Below, piece by piece: positions 54,993 through 63,746 of a stretch of DNA of 64,000 bases. Origin of the DNA: Myxococcales bacterium (lineage in GTDB: Bacteria; Myxococcota_A; Polyangia; Polyangiales; Polyangiaceae); contig JAHFDZ010000002.1 in NCBI GenBank assembly GCA_023248745.1, positions 428 through 64,427 on the forward strand. The letters are read 5' to 3'. Each line of letters opens with the position of its first letter. The stretch's first letter is position 1. The notes under the pieces were generated by a model that did no database searches, was not told the DNA's origin, and was given only the letters and a program-made list of their open reading frames with translations. Both the position numbers and the translations under genes were made by a program.

Positions 54993-56669
54993 ATGAGCCA
55001 GGCCATGCGCAAGTTTGTGTTCGGATTGCTGCTGTCACCCGCCGTCGTTGCGTGTTCGAGCGACCCCGTTGTGCCGACCGATGCCGCGGGCGACGCCATC
55101 GCGGACGCGCCACCGGCGTCTGATGGTGGACGCGAAAGCGGTACCGACGCGAGCAAGGATGCGCCTCTCCCGATCGACGCTCCTGCCGATTCACCGGCTG
55201 ACGTCGGCACTGATGCAATCGTGGCAGACGCCGCACCAGACGGAGCCCTCGACGCATCGCTCGAGGGCGGCGTTGACGCGGCCGTCGATGCAACCGTTGA
55301 CGCAACAGTGGTCGATGCGGAAGCCGGCGTGCTCGACGCGAGCGACGCAACGGTGGTTGAAGGAGGCAACGCAGATGCCGCAGTAGACGCAGGTTCAGAC
55401 GCTGTTGCGGAAGCGGCCACTGAGGCTGGATCGGATGCCGGCACTATGGCCATCGGCGTGTTTGAGCGCGTTTCTGTGGGCGCAGGTGGCGTCCAAGGCG
55501 ACGGCGACACTGACGTGACCGGATTGTCAGACGACGGTCGCTACGTGATGTTCCGCTCCGCCTCCACGAACCTCACCAGCATCGTCGACAGCAACAACGT
55601 CGCCGATGTTTTCATTCGCGATCGCGAGCTCGGAACGACGACGCTCATCTCGAAAGCAACGACGGGTACCGCCCCCGCCAACGCTGAATCGAAGGAGCCT
55701 CGGCTCAGCACCAGTGGTGACTACGTGGTTTTCCACAGCGCCGCGACCGACCTCGTGGTCGGCGATACGAATGGTGCCAGCGACGTATTCTTGTGGTCGC
55801 GCGCTTCGGGCTTGATCGAAAAGGTAAGCGTCGGTTTCGGCGGCGCTCAGGCGAATGCGAGGTCCGAGCTGCCTTCGGTAGTGCGAGACGGCCGCTATGT
55901 TGCGTTTAGTTCGGAAGCGACCAACCTTCTTGCGACGTCCACGGTAGGGCCGACCACGAATATTTTTGTGCGTGATCGAACGCTCGGCACCAACAAGCGA
56001 GTGTCGATCGGCTTGGCCGGAGCTGATCCCAACAACAACAGCCAAACGCCTCGCATGGCGGACAGTGGTCGCTATGTTGTTTTCGTGTCGAACGCCTCGA
56101 ATCTTGTGACTGGCGATACCAACGCAAAGGCAGACGTCTTCCGCTACGATTTGCAGACGGACACCACAGAACGCGTGTCACTTGGCGTGTCGAACGTCGA
56201 GGGCAATGAAGACTGCGATCGACCCGTGATTTCGCCGGACGGACGTTACGTCGCGTTCTTGTCTTCGGCGAGCAACCTGACTGCAGGCGATACCGCCGGA
56301 ACCACGGACGCCTTCTTCGTCGACATGGGCGCCACGCCTCGCACGATCTTGCGGTTCGGCATGGCCACCGCTCAAGCGGCGTATCCACTGCTGAGCGGTG
56401 ACGGTCGTTGGCTTTTGCTCACCCCGTCGCCTTCCTTCGTCGCCGCGGATACGAACAACGTAACGGACGTGTATTCGTTCGACACCACACAACCCACCGC
56501 CACGCCGGTGCTCATTTCGCAAGTCGGCGGCGTCGTTGGAAATGGCTTCTCCTACGGGTTCGGGATGAGCACTGATGGCAAGTACCTCGCGATGGGCACA
56601 GCGGCGACGAATCTGGTGACCCCAGACGTCAACGCCAAGTTGGACACGCTCATCGTCCGCCTGCGCTAA
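54993..56669 (+). CDS. secreted lipoprotein with seven PD40/TolB-like beta-propeller repeats
   Basis: Lipobox LLLSPAVVAC and an Asp/Ala-rich linker of about 130 aa. The motif G(R/D/K)Y(V/L)xFxSxA(S/T)NLxxxDxNxxxDVF then occurs seven times. Confidence 0.6.
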   Translation: MSQAMRKFVFGLLLSPAVVACSSDPVVPTDAAGDAIADAPPASDGGRESGTDASKDAPLPIDAPADSPADVGTDAIVADAAPDGALDASLEGGVDAAVDATVDATVVDAEAGVLDASDATVVEGGNADAAVDAGSDAVAEAATEAGSDAGTMAIGVFERVSVGAGGVQGDGDTDVTGLSDDGRYVMFRSASTNLTSIVDSNNVADVFIRDRELGTTTLISKATTGTAPANAESKEPRLSTSGDYVVFHSAATDLVVGDTNGASDVFLWSRASGLIEKVSVGFGGAQANARSELPSVVRDGRYVAFSSEATNLLATSTVGPTTNIFVRDRTLGTNKRVSIGLAGADPNNNSQTPRMADSGRYVVFVSNASNLVTGDTNAKADVFRYDLQTDTTERVSLGVSNVEGNEDCDRPVISPDGRYVAFLSSASNLTAGDTAGTTDAFFVDMGATPRTILRFGMATAQAAYPLLSGDGRWLLLTPSPSFVAADTNNVTDVYSFDTTQPTATPVLISQVGGVVGNGFSYGFGMSTDGKYLAMGTAATNLVTPDVNAKLDTLIVRLR

Positions 56670-56719
56670 AGCGCGTTGCTTGACGCCACCACCCCTGCTA
56701 TCTCGGGCCTCCCATTGCC

Positions 56720-56737
56720 GCGTGAGTGATCTCACGC
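56720..56737. promoter_or_regulatory. perfect 7-bp inverted repeat with 4-nt spacer in the leader of the Lys/Ala-tail protein gene
   Basis: gcgtgag tgat ctcacgc, ending 21 nt before GTG 56759 and just upstream of the AAAGGAGG SD. Confidence 0.35.
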
Positions 56738-56758
56738 ACCCCTGAAAGGAGGCCCATC

Positions 56759-57205
56759 GTGGCCAAGAAATCACCGCTGCAGCTTGTAAAAGACCAATTC
56801 GGCGACAAAGCAAAGCTCGTCGAAGCCATCAAGAACTTCACCACCGAAGACCTTTGGCTTGGCCGGACGAACAAAGACAAGGGACTTGACCTTGTCTCGA
56901 ACGCCAAACTGCTCCGCCTCCACGCGATCTTTACCGAGGTAAAGAAGACGTTTGGCTCACGCATTAAGCTCATCGACGCGATTCTCGGTGAGGCCAAGCG
57001 CACGAAGGACGCCGGCCACCGCGCGCACTTCGAGAAGTTCCCCGTTCCGCGCTTGCTCGACCTCTACAATTCGCTCGTCAAACGAAACAAGGATGCTGCG
57101 AAGAAAGCAGCTCCTCCCGTGAAGGCTGCAAAAGCCCCTGCGAAGGCAGAAAAGCCCGCCGCGAAGAAAGCCGCAGCACCGAAGAAGGCAACCTCAAAAA
57201 AGTGA
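56759..57205 (+). CDS. hypothetical protein with Lys/Ala/Pro-rich histone-H1-like C-terminal tail
   Basis: GTG 56759 preceded by AAAGGAGG (ORF opens at 56726). Tail is AAKKAAPPVKAAKAPAKAEKPAAKKAAAPKKATSKK. The N-terminal domain is unrecognised. Confidence 0.5.
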   Translation: MAKKSPLQLVKDQFGDKAKLVEAIKNFTTEDLWLGRTNKDKGLDLVSNAKLLRLHAIFTEVKKTFGSRIKLIDAILGEAKRTKDAGHRAHFEKFPVPRLLDLYNSLVKRNKDAAKKAAPPVKAAKAPAKAEKPAAKKAAAPKKATSKK

Positions 57206-57218
57206 TACGTTCGAGCTC

Positions 57219-57734
57219 ATGGCCGAACTGAAAATCCGTCATGAGCTCAATTGCAGCGAAGACACGTTCTGGAACAAGATCGTCTTCGATCCCAAAGACG
57301 CATTCAATCGTCACCTTTACGACGATCTCCTCAAGTTTCCGAACTATCAAGTTCTTGAACTAAAGGATGAGGCGACGCGCATCCTGCGTAAGGTGCGCAT
57401 TGAGCCTCCGGTTGACGGTTTGCCCGGACCCGTCAAAAAAGCGATCGGTGACAAGCTCGCATATCTTGAAGACGACGTCTTCGACAAGGCGACCAAGCGC
57501 CTCATTGTGAAAGTCACACCGAGCACGCTGGCCGACAAAGTTCGCGTCACCGGCGAGATGTTCTGCGAAGCCCTTGGCGGGAACAAAATCGCACGCATCG
57601 CGAATTTCATCGTCGAAGTGAAGGTGTTTATGGTCGGGAGCATGATCGAAGAGAAGATCATGGGCGACCTCAAGAAGTCCTACGACATGGCTGCCGGCGC
57701 CACGAACGACTGGCTCAAGGCGCAAGGGCTGTAG
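57219..57734 (+). CDS. SRPBCC/START-like protein (DUF2505-like)
   Basis: 171 aa. Mixed alpha/beta pattern with a C-terminal long helix, resembling the DUF2505 family. Call is from memory only. Confidence 0.5.
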   Translation: MAELKIRHELNCSEDTFWNKIVFDPKDAFNRHLYDDLLKFPNYQVLELKDEATRILRKVRIEPPVDGLPGPVKKAIGDKLAYLEDDVFDKATKRLIVKVTPSTLADKVRVTGEMFCEALGGNKIARIANFIVEVKVFMVGSMIEEKIMGDLKKSYDMAAGATNDWLKAQGL

Positions 57735-57739
57735 GCCGC

Positions 57740-58438
57740 TTGCGTTTCACTTCCTTCGTTTGGCTTCTTCTGCGGAAAGACTTCCGCATTGAGCTGCGTA
57801 CGAAGGAGGTGCTCGTCGTTACGCTGTTTTTTTCGTCCCTCGTCTCGCTCGTGGCGGGCATCTCGTTTTACTCGGGAGCGCTCGCCACGTCCGCGTTTGC
57901 ACCGGGTGCGATGTGGCTGCCGATTGCGTTCGCGTCCGTGCTGGCGACCGCTCGTTTCTGGCAACGCGAACGTGAGAATGATGCCCTCGCCGGTGTTCTG
58001 CTTTCCGCGGTACCACGCACGGCCATTTACGTTGCAAAAGTAACTTTACTTGTCGTGTTTCTGCTCGCGGTTGCGCTGCTGGTAGTGCCGCTCGCGGCGC
58101 TTTTTTTTCACATCGACCTCACTATTTTTGGTGGCCAACTCGCCGTGCTCGCGGTGATGGTATGTGTGGGCGCAGCTGCGATTAGCGCGCTGTTCGGCGT
58201 CATGACGGTGCGCACTGGCGCGCGCGATTTGATGTTGTCGGCAGTGCTGTTTCCGCTCCTTGCGCCGCTGATCATGACCGCCGTGGCAGGCACGCGTGAA
58301 CTCCTGTTGACGGTCGAGGCGGGGCAGGCCCCGCGCTGGGGCGATCTTCGCGACTATGCGCTGCTCCTTGGTGTGTTTGACTTTGTCGCGTTTTCGCTTG
58401 GCGCTGGCCTCTTCGGATTGCTCGTCGAAGACACCTGA
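57740..58438 (+). CDS. ccmB: heme exporter protein B (CcmB-family ABC-2 permease)
   Basis: LLRKDFRIELRTKE, APGAMWLPIAFASVLATARFWQRERENDALAGVL and six TM helices are collinear with E. coli CcmB. TTG start. Confidence 0.7.
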   Translation: MRFTSFVWLLLRKDFRIELRTKEVLVVTLFFSSLVSLVAGISFYSGALATSAFAPGAMWLPIAFASVLATARFWQRERENDALAGVLLSAVPRTAIYVAKVTLLVVFLLAVALLVVPLAALFFHIDLTIFGGQLAVLAVMVCVGAAAISALFGVMTVRTGARDLMLSAVLFPLLAPLIMTAVAGTRELLLTVEAGQAPRWGDLRDYALLLGVFDFVAFSLGAGLFGLLVEDT

Positions 58439-58473
58439 AACGAAGCGGCACAAGAGCTGCAGCTCGTTGGCGC

Positions 58474-59109
58474 ATGCGCGCTGCTGCTGCGTCGATGCTC
58501 CTGCTTTGCTCGCTTTGCGCAACCGTCGCGCACGCTGGCGACTACCTGTTTCCGACCAGTGGACACTTGAACGCGATGGTTGCGACGGGCTTTCCTTATC
58601 CTGTCTTGGCCGAGGTCTCCGTCGGTATCGGTGATCGATTGGCGATCGGGGTTGTTGGTGGCGCGACAACGGTTTCCGCTGGATTCGGCGTTCGTCCGCG
58701 ACTGTCGATCGCTGACTTCGGTAGTGGTCGCGTCGTCGTTCACGCGCTGGCTCTGTTCTACCCAGAGACGCCGAGCGAAGCGCCGTGGCTGCTTGCGCGC
58801 CCAACGGTTGTGTACGAGCACCGCGTGGGCAAGCGTCTGATGCTCAATGCAGGTGTTGGCGCGGTGTTGGCGGCGGCAGTGGATCGACTTGGGGGTTCGG
58901 CAGGGGCGCCCGTTTATGGTCAAAAGCGCCTTGAAAATCTATGGGGCGTTTGGAACACCGTGCAACTTGGAGGAGGCTTTGCGTTCAGCCACAAGACGAG
59001 CGCGTTCTTCGACGTCGCGCTCGTGATGCGTGGGCTCAAGTTAGCGGGCGACGAGTTTATGGCCGCAATTCCGCTCATCGCGGCGGTCGGCGTTTCGACA
59101 GAGCTGTAA
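58474..59109 (+). CDS. hypothetical secreted protein, Gly/Val/Ala-rich beta-like
   Basis: Signal peptide MRAAAASMLLLCSLCATVAHA. No family recognised. Confidence 0.4.
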   Translation: MRAAAASMLLLCSLCATVAHAGDYLFPTSGHLNAMVATGFPYPVLAEVSVGIGDRLAIGVVGGATTVSAGFGVRPRLSIADFGSGRVVVHALALFYPETPSEAPWLLARPTVVYEHRVGKRLMLNAGVGAVLAAAVDRLGGSAGAPVYGQKRLENLWGVWNTVQLGGGFAFSHKTSAFFDVALVMRGLKLAGDEFMAAIPLIAAVGVSTEL

Positions 59110-59112
59110 GGT

Positions 59113-60219
59113 ATGTCAAAATCGATCTCCTTGGGTGTTATTTTGGCGCTTGCGGCGTGCGGCCCAATGGTCGATGAGGCCGAGCTTCGCGAGGCGATTC
59201 CTGTCGATCGATTTTCCGAGCTCGAAATTGTAAGCGATGAAGTTACGATCGATGCGCGAACACGCAACACGGGTCGCGGGCCGTGGAGCTTTGCTAGGGC
59301 TCTCGGTGATGTCGAGGCGCAGCGTGCTTCTGCGACCGCAGATAGCTTTCTCCAAGCGTGGCAAGGAGCGAGCGTTCGCTCCGATGAAGTGCGTTGCCTA
59401 TGGCTCGCGGCTGACGTTCGCAATCAATGCAACGTCGACTGTTCGGTTTGCAGCCATCGCGATCTTCATTTCGATAGCGCACCCTTTCGTCTGATCGCGA
59501 TCTCGAACCGGCTAGACCTGCGCCGTCATCCTGACTCGCCGACGGGTGAGGCGAGGCTCGTGTTTGGCCTTACAAGCGGAGCGGCCGATCGCGGTGCCGC
59601 TCCTCTGGGGCTCACGGTGATCTTCGAGTACGCGCTTTGTGCGGACGTTGCCTCTGAGGTCTGGGCGCATCGGTTTCACGCGCTTGGGAGTCTCAAGGGG
59701 GACGACTACTTACGAGCGCTCGAAACACTGACACGAGATTTCGCGAAGCCCATGCAACTCTCGCAGGTGCGCGTGCTGAGCCAGCTGCAAGACCGCGGTG
59801 CGTTTGCCGAGCTCACCGTAGCCGATGGATGGCAAGCGCGCGGCTTGCGCAACTCACCTAATCGGTCGCAAAACGGCTCGAACGCACTCTCGGCTTACGT
59901 GAAGCAAAACCAGAGCGCGATCACGAGTGATGCCAATGTCATGAGCGAATCTATGCGAGCCAAAACGCTTGGCCTCGGCGAATCGAAGTGGGAAGTTCCG
60001 CAAGTTGACGAATCTGTTCGTCGTGCGTTTGCGCTAGGCACCTGCGATGGCTGCCATGGACAAGAAGTAAGGACGCTCGACGGGGGGTTTCATATTTCGC
60101 CATTTCGCCAAGGACGTGAACGATTGTCTCCCTTCTTGCACAATCGCAACGGCAACTTGAGCGACGAGCTCGCACGCCGTGAAGATGCGATGCGCGCGCT
60201 TCTTGCAACAGGTCGGTAG
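59113..60219 (+). CDS. hypothetical lipoprotein with a single C-terminal CXXCH motif
   Basis: Lipobox GVILALAAC. CDGCH at nt 60043-60057. Starts 3 nt after the previous gene. Confidence 0.5.
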   Translation: MSKSISLGVILALAACGPMVDEAELREAIPVDRFSELEIVSDEVTIDARTRNTGRGPWSFARALGDVEAQRASATADSFLQAWQGASVRSDEVRCLWLAADVRNQCNVDCSVCSHRDLHFDSAPFRLIAISNRLDLRRHPDSPTGEARLVFGLTSGAADRGAAPLGLTVIFEYALCADVASEVWAHRFHALGSLKGDDYLRALETLTRDFAKPMQLSQVRVLSQLQDRGAFAELTVADGWQARGLRNSPNRSQNGSNALSAYVKQNQSAITSDANVMSESMRAKTLGLGESKWEVPQVDESVRRAFALGTCDGCHGQEVRTLDGGFHISPFRQGRERLSPFLHNRNGNLSDELARREDAMRALLATGR

Positions 60220-60228
60220 AAGAGGGCG

Positions 60229-61476
60229 TCAAAGCGAAGCGGCGATTGCGTTCGCGGATTCGACGAAGAGCCGTGCGCTGAGCGGCATGCCGAGGACTTC
60301 ACCTGTTGCGAAGAAACCAGGTCGAATTGCGCGCTCGCTCACGCGAAATCCGGCCGGGGTGTGCACGAGCGTAGCGCCCGCCTGTTGACACAGTTCGTAT
60401 GCGGGGGAAGGTGGCGCGTCGATCACGAGCGCATCGGCCCGCTCGACGACTTTGCCGCTATCGGAATCGAACGTAACCTCTTGAATGCGGCTCCCGCCGT
60501 TGGCCCGCACGGGCGTGTTGCGAACAAGTTTTGCGGCATACCCTGCTTTCTGATGGGCGCGCGCAAATGGTTCACCGTGTTGACCAGCGCCTGGCAGAAC
60601 CGCGACCACGACACGCTCGCCTACGCATATGCCCTGGCGCAAGAGCCAGCCGGCTGCGCGCGCACTGATAACGCCAGGGAGATCGTTGCCCTCGAAGGCC
60701 ATCACGCCGTCGTGGGCACCTGTCGCAAAAATGGTAACTTTTGACGTTACAATTTGTGCGCCTGTGGGCCCGACGAGAAGTACGTCGTCGCCGTAGACTC
60801 CCGCTGCCGTTGTGCGCAGCTCGATTGCGATAGCACCCGCGGCCAAGAGTTCATGGATGTCTTTCTCGAGCGTCTGAAAAGGCGCTCGCTCTTCGTCGGG
60901 TAGGGCGCGTGCACTCCCCCACGCGTGCAGCGAGTCGTCAATAATCTTGACTTGAAGGCCCTTGCGCGCAAGCGCCACCGCGGCTGCAAGGCCGGACGCG
61001 CCTGCGCCAATGACGAGCGCTTCGACACTGCTTCGCGCTGCCGCTCGTGGATCAATGCGCTCACGCGGTATGGTGCCAAGGCCTGCGACGCGTCGCGCAA
61101 AGGCCTGCATCACCCGACTGATGCCAGGTACACCTGCGAAGAGTTCGTGGTGGTTCATTCCATCGGGAAAGAACCAGTCGGTCACGCGGAGTAAGTCCAA
61201 AGTGCGCGTGCCGAGCACGTTTTGACTCGTGATGCTGAGGCCATCGCGGCACACGACCATGCACGTCATCTGGTTGGGCAACTCGCCGACGCGTGCGAGG
61301 CACCCATCGCACGCACCGCGAAAGCAGGATGGGCCGCGTGGTCGGTGGAATTTGGGGCTTCGAGCCAAGCTCCATCGTTTCGCGCGAATGAGCGCGCTTG
61401 CGACGGACTCGTCGTCGAATGCCTCGATGGGATCGCCGTCGAGTGTGATGGTCACGGAGCGTTTTGCGTCACGCAT
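60229..61476 (-). CDS. [2Fe-2S]-binding FAD/NAD(P)-dependent oxidoreductase (sarcosine-oxidase-alpha N-terminal / HcnB-like)
   Basis: RPRGPSCFRGACDGCLARV...MTCM 2Fe-2S region, then VIGAGASGLAAAVALA Rossmann motif. ATG 61476 (ORF opens at TTG 61485). Confidence 0.7.
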   Translation of the reverse strand: MRDAKRSVTITLDGDPIEAFDDESVASALIRAKRWSLARSPKFHRPRGPSCFRGACDGCLARVGELPNQMTCMVVCRDGLSITSQNVLGTRTLDLLRVTDWFFPDGMNHHELFAGVPGISRVMQAFARRVAGLGTIPRERIDPRAAARSSVEALVIGAGASGLAAAVALARKGLQVKIIDDSLHAWGSARALPDEERAPFQTLEKDIHELLAAGAIAIELRTTAAGVYGDDVLLVGPTGAQIVTSKVTIFATGAHDGVMAFEGNDLPGVISARAAGWLLRQGICVGERVVVAVLPGAGQHGEPFARAHQKAGYAAKLVRNTPVRANGGSRIQEVTFDSDSGKVVERADALVIDAPPSPAYELCQQAGATLVHTPAGFRVSERAIRPGFFATGEVLGMPLSARLFVESANAIAASL

Positions 61477-61525
61477 CGCCTTCAAACTACTGGTTGATCC
61501 CTATCTTGTCGCTACTATCGCTCTC

Positions 61526-62128
61526 GTGCGACTCGGCTTCGTAGGACCAGGCACCGTAGATTCGGTGCGACATGTAGCGGAGGGTTTGATGCGCGCGGCA
61601 TCGCCTGACCGCATTGTCTACCTTGGCGGAGACGACGCTCTTGATCAGGTGGTTCACGAGTGGGCCAAAACGTTGGTGGATGGCGATCCATCCGACGCCG
61701 CGATTTGGAGTCGTGCGGCCGCTGCACTTCGTGATTCCAGCGGGGCCGAAGCATCGACGTTCGTTCGGCGCGAACACGCACGTTTGCGACTTCGCATGCT
61801 CGAGCAACTGCCAAGAGAGGGCAGGCGCGCAACGGAGCAGCTCGCCGATCGGACGCTTGTCTTCATCGACGACCGCGAGCGCCTCGATCAAAATGACCTT
61901 CGCATTTCGTCGTGTTTCATTTTCGGCAAAAGCGACGTGCCGGTTGTCAAGCGCGTAGCGTCTCGATGGTTTCTGTCGCCCGGCGAGGCCAAGCGCGATA
62001 CCGCGTTGGTGGTCGAGGTTGACGGTTTGGGTACCTTCCGCGCGTCGGTCTTCGAAAACGCCGAGTGCGCAACGACCGAGACGTTGCATTGGTCGTCCAA
62101 GCGACGAGGGAGCCCGCCTCCAACGTGA
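61526..62128 (+). CDS. hypothetical protein (loosely metallophosphoesterase-like, catalytic motifs degenerate)
   Basis: Start uncertain: GTG 61526, or ATG 61589 which has GGAGG 5 nt upstream. RLGFVGPG...IVYLGGDD. Stop overlaps the nadD start. The upstream part of the track ORF overlaps the opposite-strand gene. Confidence 0.35.
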   Translation: MRLGFVGPGTVDSVRHVAEGLMRAASPDRIVYLGGDDALDQVVHEWAKTLVDGDPSDAAIWSRAAAALRDSSGAEASTFVRREHARLRLRMLEQLPREGRRATEQLADRTLVFIDDRERLDQNDLRISSCFIFGKSDVPVVKRVASRWFLSPGEAKRDTALVVEVDGLGTFRASVFENAECATTETLHWSSKRRGSPPPT

Positions 62129-62715
62129 TGCACTCGTCGAGCGACATCGGAAGCAAGCGCGAGAACGTCGCAATCTTTGGAGGCAGCTTCAATCCGCCTC
62201 ACATTGCGCATGTCCTCGCCGTTGTGATGGTGCTTTCGATGCACGATATCGATCGTGTTCTTGTTGTGCCTGCCTATCGGCACCCGTTTGCCAAGCAACT
62301 CGCGTCGTATGACGCGCGCGTCGCCATGACAGAGCTAGCGATGGGCTGGCTACCGCGCGTTGCGGTGAGTCGAATCGAAGAAGCACTGGGTGGAGAGAGC
62401 CGCACGCTGCGCACGCTCGAACGCCTAGCTGCTGAACATCCGCAATGGTCGATGCGCCTTGTCGTGGGTGCTGACATCCTTTCCGAAGCCCATAAGTGGC
62501 ATGGTTTCGAGCAAATCCGTGCGCTTGCGCCGTTGCTCGTTCTTGGCCGCGTGGGCATTGATGGCACTGCTGCTCCCGAGCCTATTCTGCCGCGCGCTTC
62601 GAGCACCGAGGTGCGCGCTGCTGTTGCGAGTCACGACGCAGATCGACTCGCCGCGCTCGTTCCGCGAGAAGTCGTACGCTACATCGAAGAAAACAAGCTC
62701 TATGGTATTGCGTAA
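62128..62715 (+). CDS. nadD: nicotinate-nucleotide adenylyltransferase
   Basis: VAIFGGSFNPPHIAHV motif. ATG 62128. Confidence 0.85.
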   Translation: MHSSSDIGSKRENVAIFGGSFNPPHIAHVLAVVMVLSMHDIDRVLVVPAYRHPFAKQLASYDARVAMTELAMGWLPRVAVSRIEEALGGESRTLRTLERLAAEHPQWSMRLVVGADILSEAHKWHGFEQIRALAPLLVLGRVGIDGTAAPEPILPRASSTEVRAAVASHDADRLAALVPREVVRYIEENKLYGIA

Positions 62716-62728
62716 GAAAGTTGACCTA

Positions 62729-63544
62729 ATGCGCAAGCCACGCGTTTTCATCTTTGGCGCGGGCAAAGTGGGTACCAGCCTCTCGCGAGGCCTGCGGGCC
62801 GCCGGGTACACGGTTCAACTGCGAGCGGCGCGACGGGGCGTGCCAAAACGAGAGATTGCGGCCGACTTCGTGATCCTCGCGGTGCGTGACCCCTCGATTG
62901 GGCAAGTGGCCAAAGCTCTCGCTGATGCGCGGGTGATCGCTGCGAGTGCCATCGTGGTTCATACCGCAGGTGCGCTGGGGCCCGAGGTACTTATGCCCCT
63001 CGCAGCGCAGGTTGCGGGCGCTGGTCAGATGCATCCTCTCTACGCGTTCGCAGCTCCCGTGAAGGATCCGCGCGCCCTCGAAGGTGCTCTCGTACTTGCG
63101 ACTGGCGATGCTCCTGCCGTCCGAATGGTCAAGAAAATTGCCAATTCGCTCGGTCTTCGCGTCGCGGTGATCCCCAAAATGGATCGTGCGAGATATCACG
63201 CAGCCGCGGCCCTTCTCGCCAACGGCACGGCAACGCTCGCAGCGCTTGCGTGCGCGCTCATCGTCGAGGCAGGTCTTCCGAAAGCCCGAGCCTCAGGTGC
63301 ACTTGCGGCGTTGCTCCGAAGTGTCGCCTTGAATTTGGAAACCGTCGGCTCGCCTCACTTGCTCACTGGACCGGTCAGACGAGGCGATCTTCAGGCCGTT
63401 CGACGTCAGGCCGCCATCCTCTCTGGTCCCGCCCTTCAGGCGTTTCGCGGCTTGCTCCCTTCTCAGCTCGAGCTCGCGCGCGCGATTGGGGACGCGCCGA
63501 AAGACGCGTTGGACGCGATTGCACGTTGGCGCCCCGCAACCTGA
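62729..63544 (+). CDS. Rossmann-like / DUF2520-type putative oxidoreductase
   Basis: VFIFGAGKVGTSL dinucleotide-binding motif. Length and layout match Rossmann + DUF2520 proteins. ATG 62729. Confidence 0.6.
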   Translation: MRKPRVFIFGAGKVGTSLSRGLRAAGYTVQLRAARRGVPKREIAADFVILAVRDPSIGQVAKALADARVIAASAIVVHTAGALGPEVLMPLAAQVAGAGQMHPLYAFAAPVKDPRALEGALVLATGDAPAVRMVKKIANSLGLRVAVIPKMDRARYHAAAALLANGTATLAALACALIVEAGLPKARASGALAALLRSVALNLETVGSPHLLTGPVRRGDLQAVRRQAAILSGPALQAFRGLLPSQLELARAIGDAPKDALDAIARWRPAT

Positions 63545-63557
63545 ACATGTGAAGGGT

Positions 63558-63578
63558 CAGCCTCATCACGAGAGGCTG
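63558..63578 (+). terminator. candidate rho-independent terminator after the DUF2520-like gene
   Basis: cagcctc atcacga gaggctg (7-bp stem) 14 nt after the stop, followed by tgcgttt. Confidence 0.4.
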
Positions 63579-63746
63579 TGCGTTTCCTAACGCAGGACAA
63601 AAAAGATGCAAAAGTGCGAGCGTTTAACGAACGGTTGAGCTGGCACAAAAGCTGAATTCCTCGAGGTGCAGGCCGCACAGAGCGTCTCTATCGGTGCTCC
63701 AAACGGCTTGTGCTCTTGTTGCCCACCGGGCCGGAGGTATTGCTTC

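Noticed and set aside
63641-63655. TGGCACaaaagCTGAA, sigma-54-like -24/-12 element about 90 nt upstream of the last partial gene.
   Set aside because: The -24 half is perfect, but the -12 half lacks the conserved TTGC (GA at the GC position). That is too weak without a PWM score or an EBP context.
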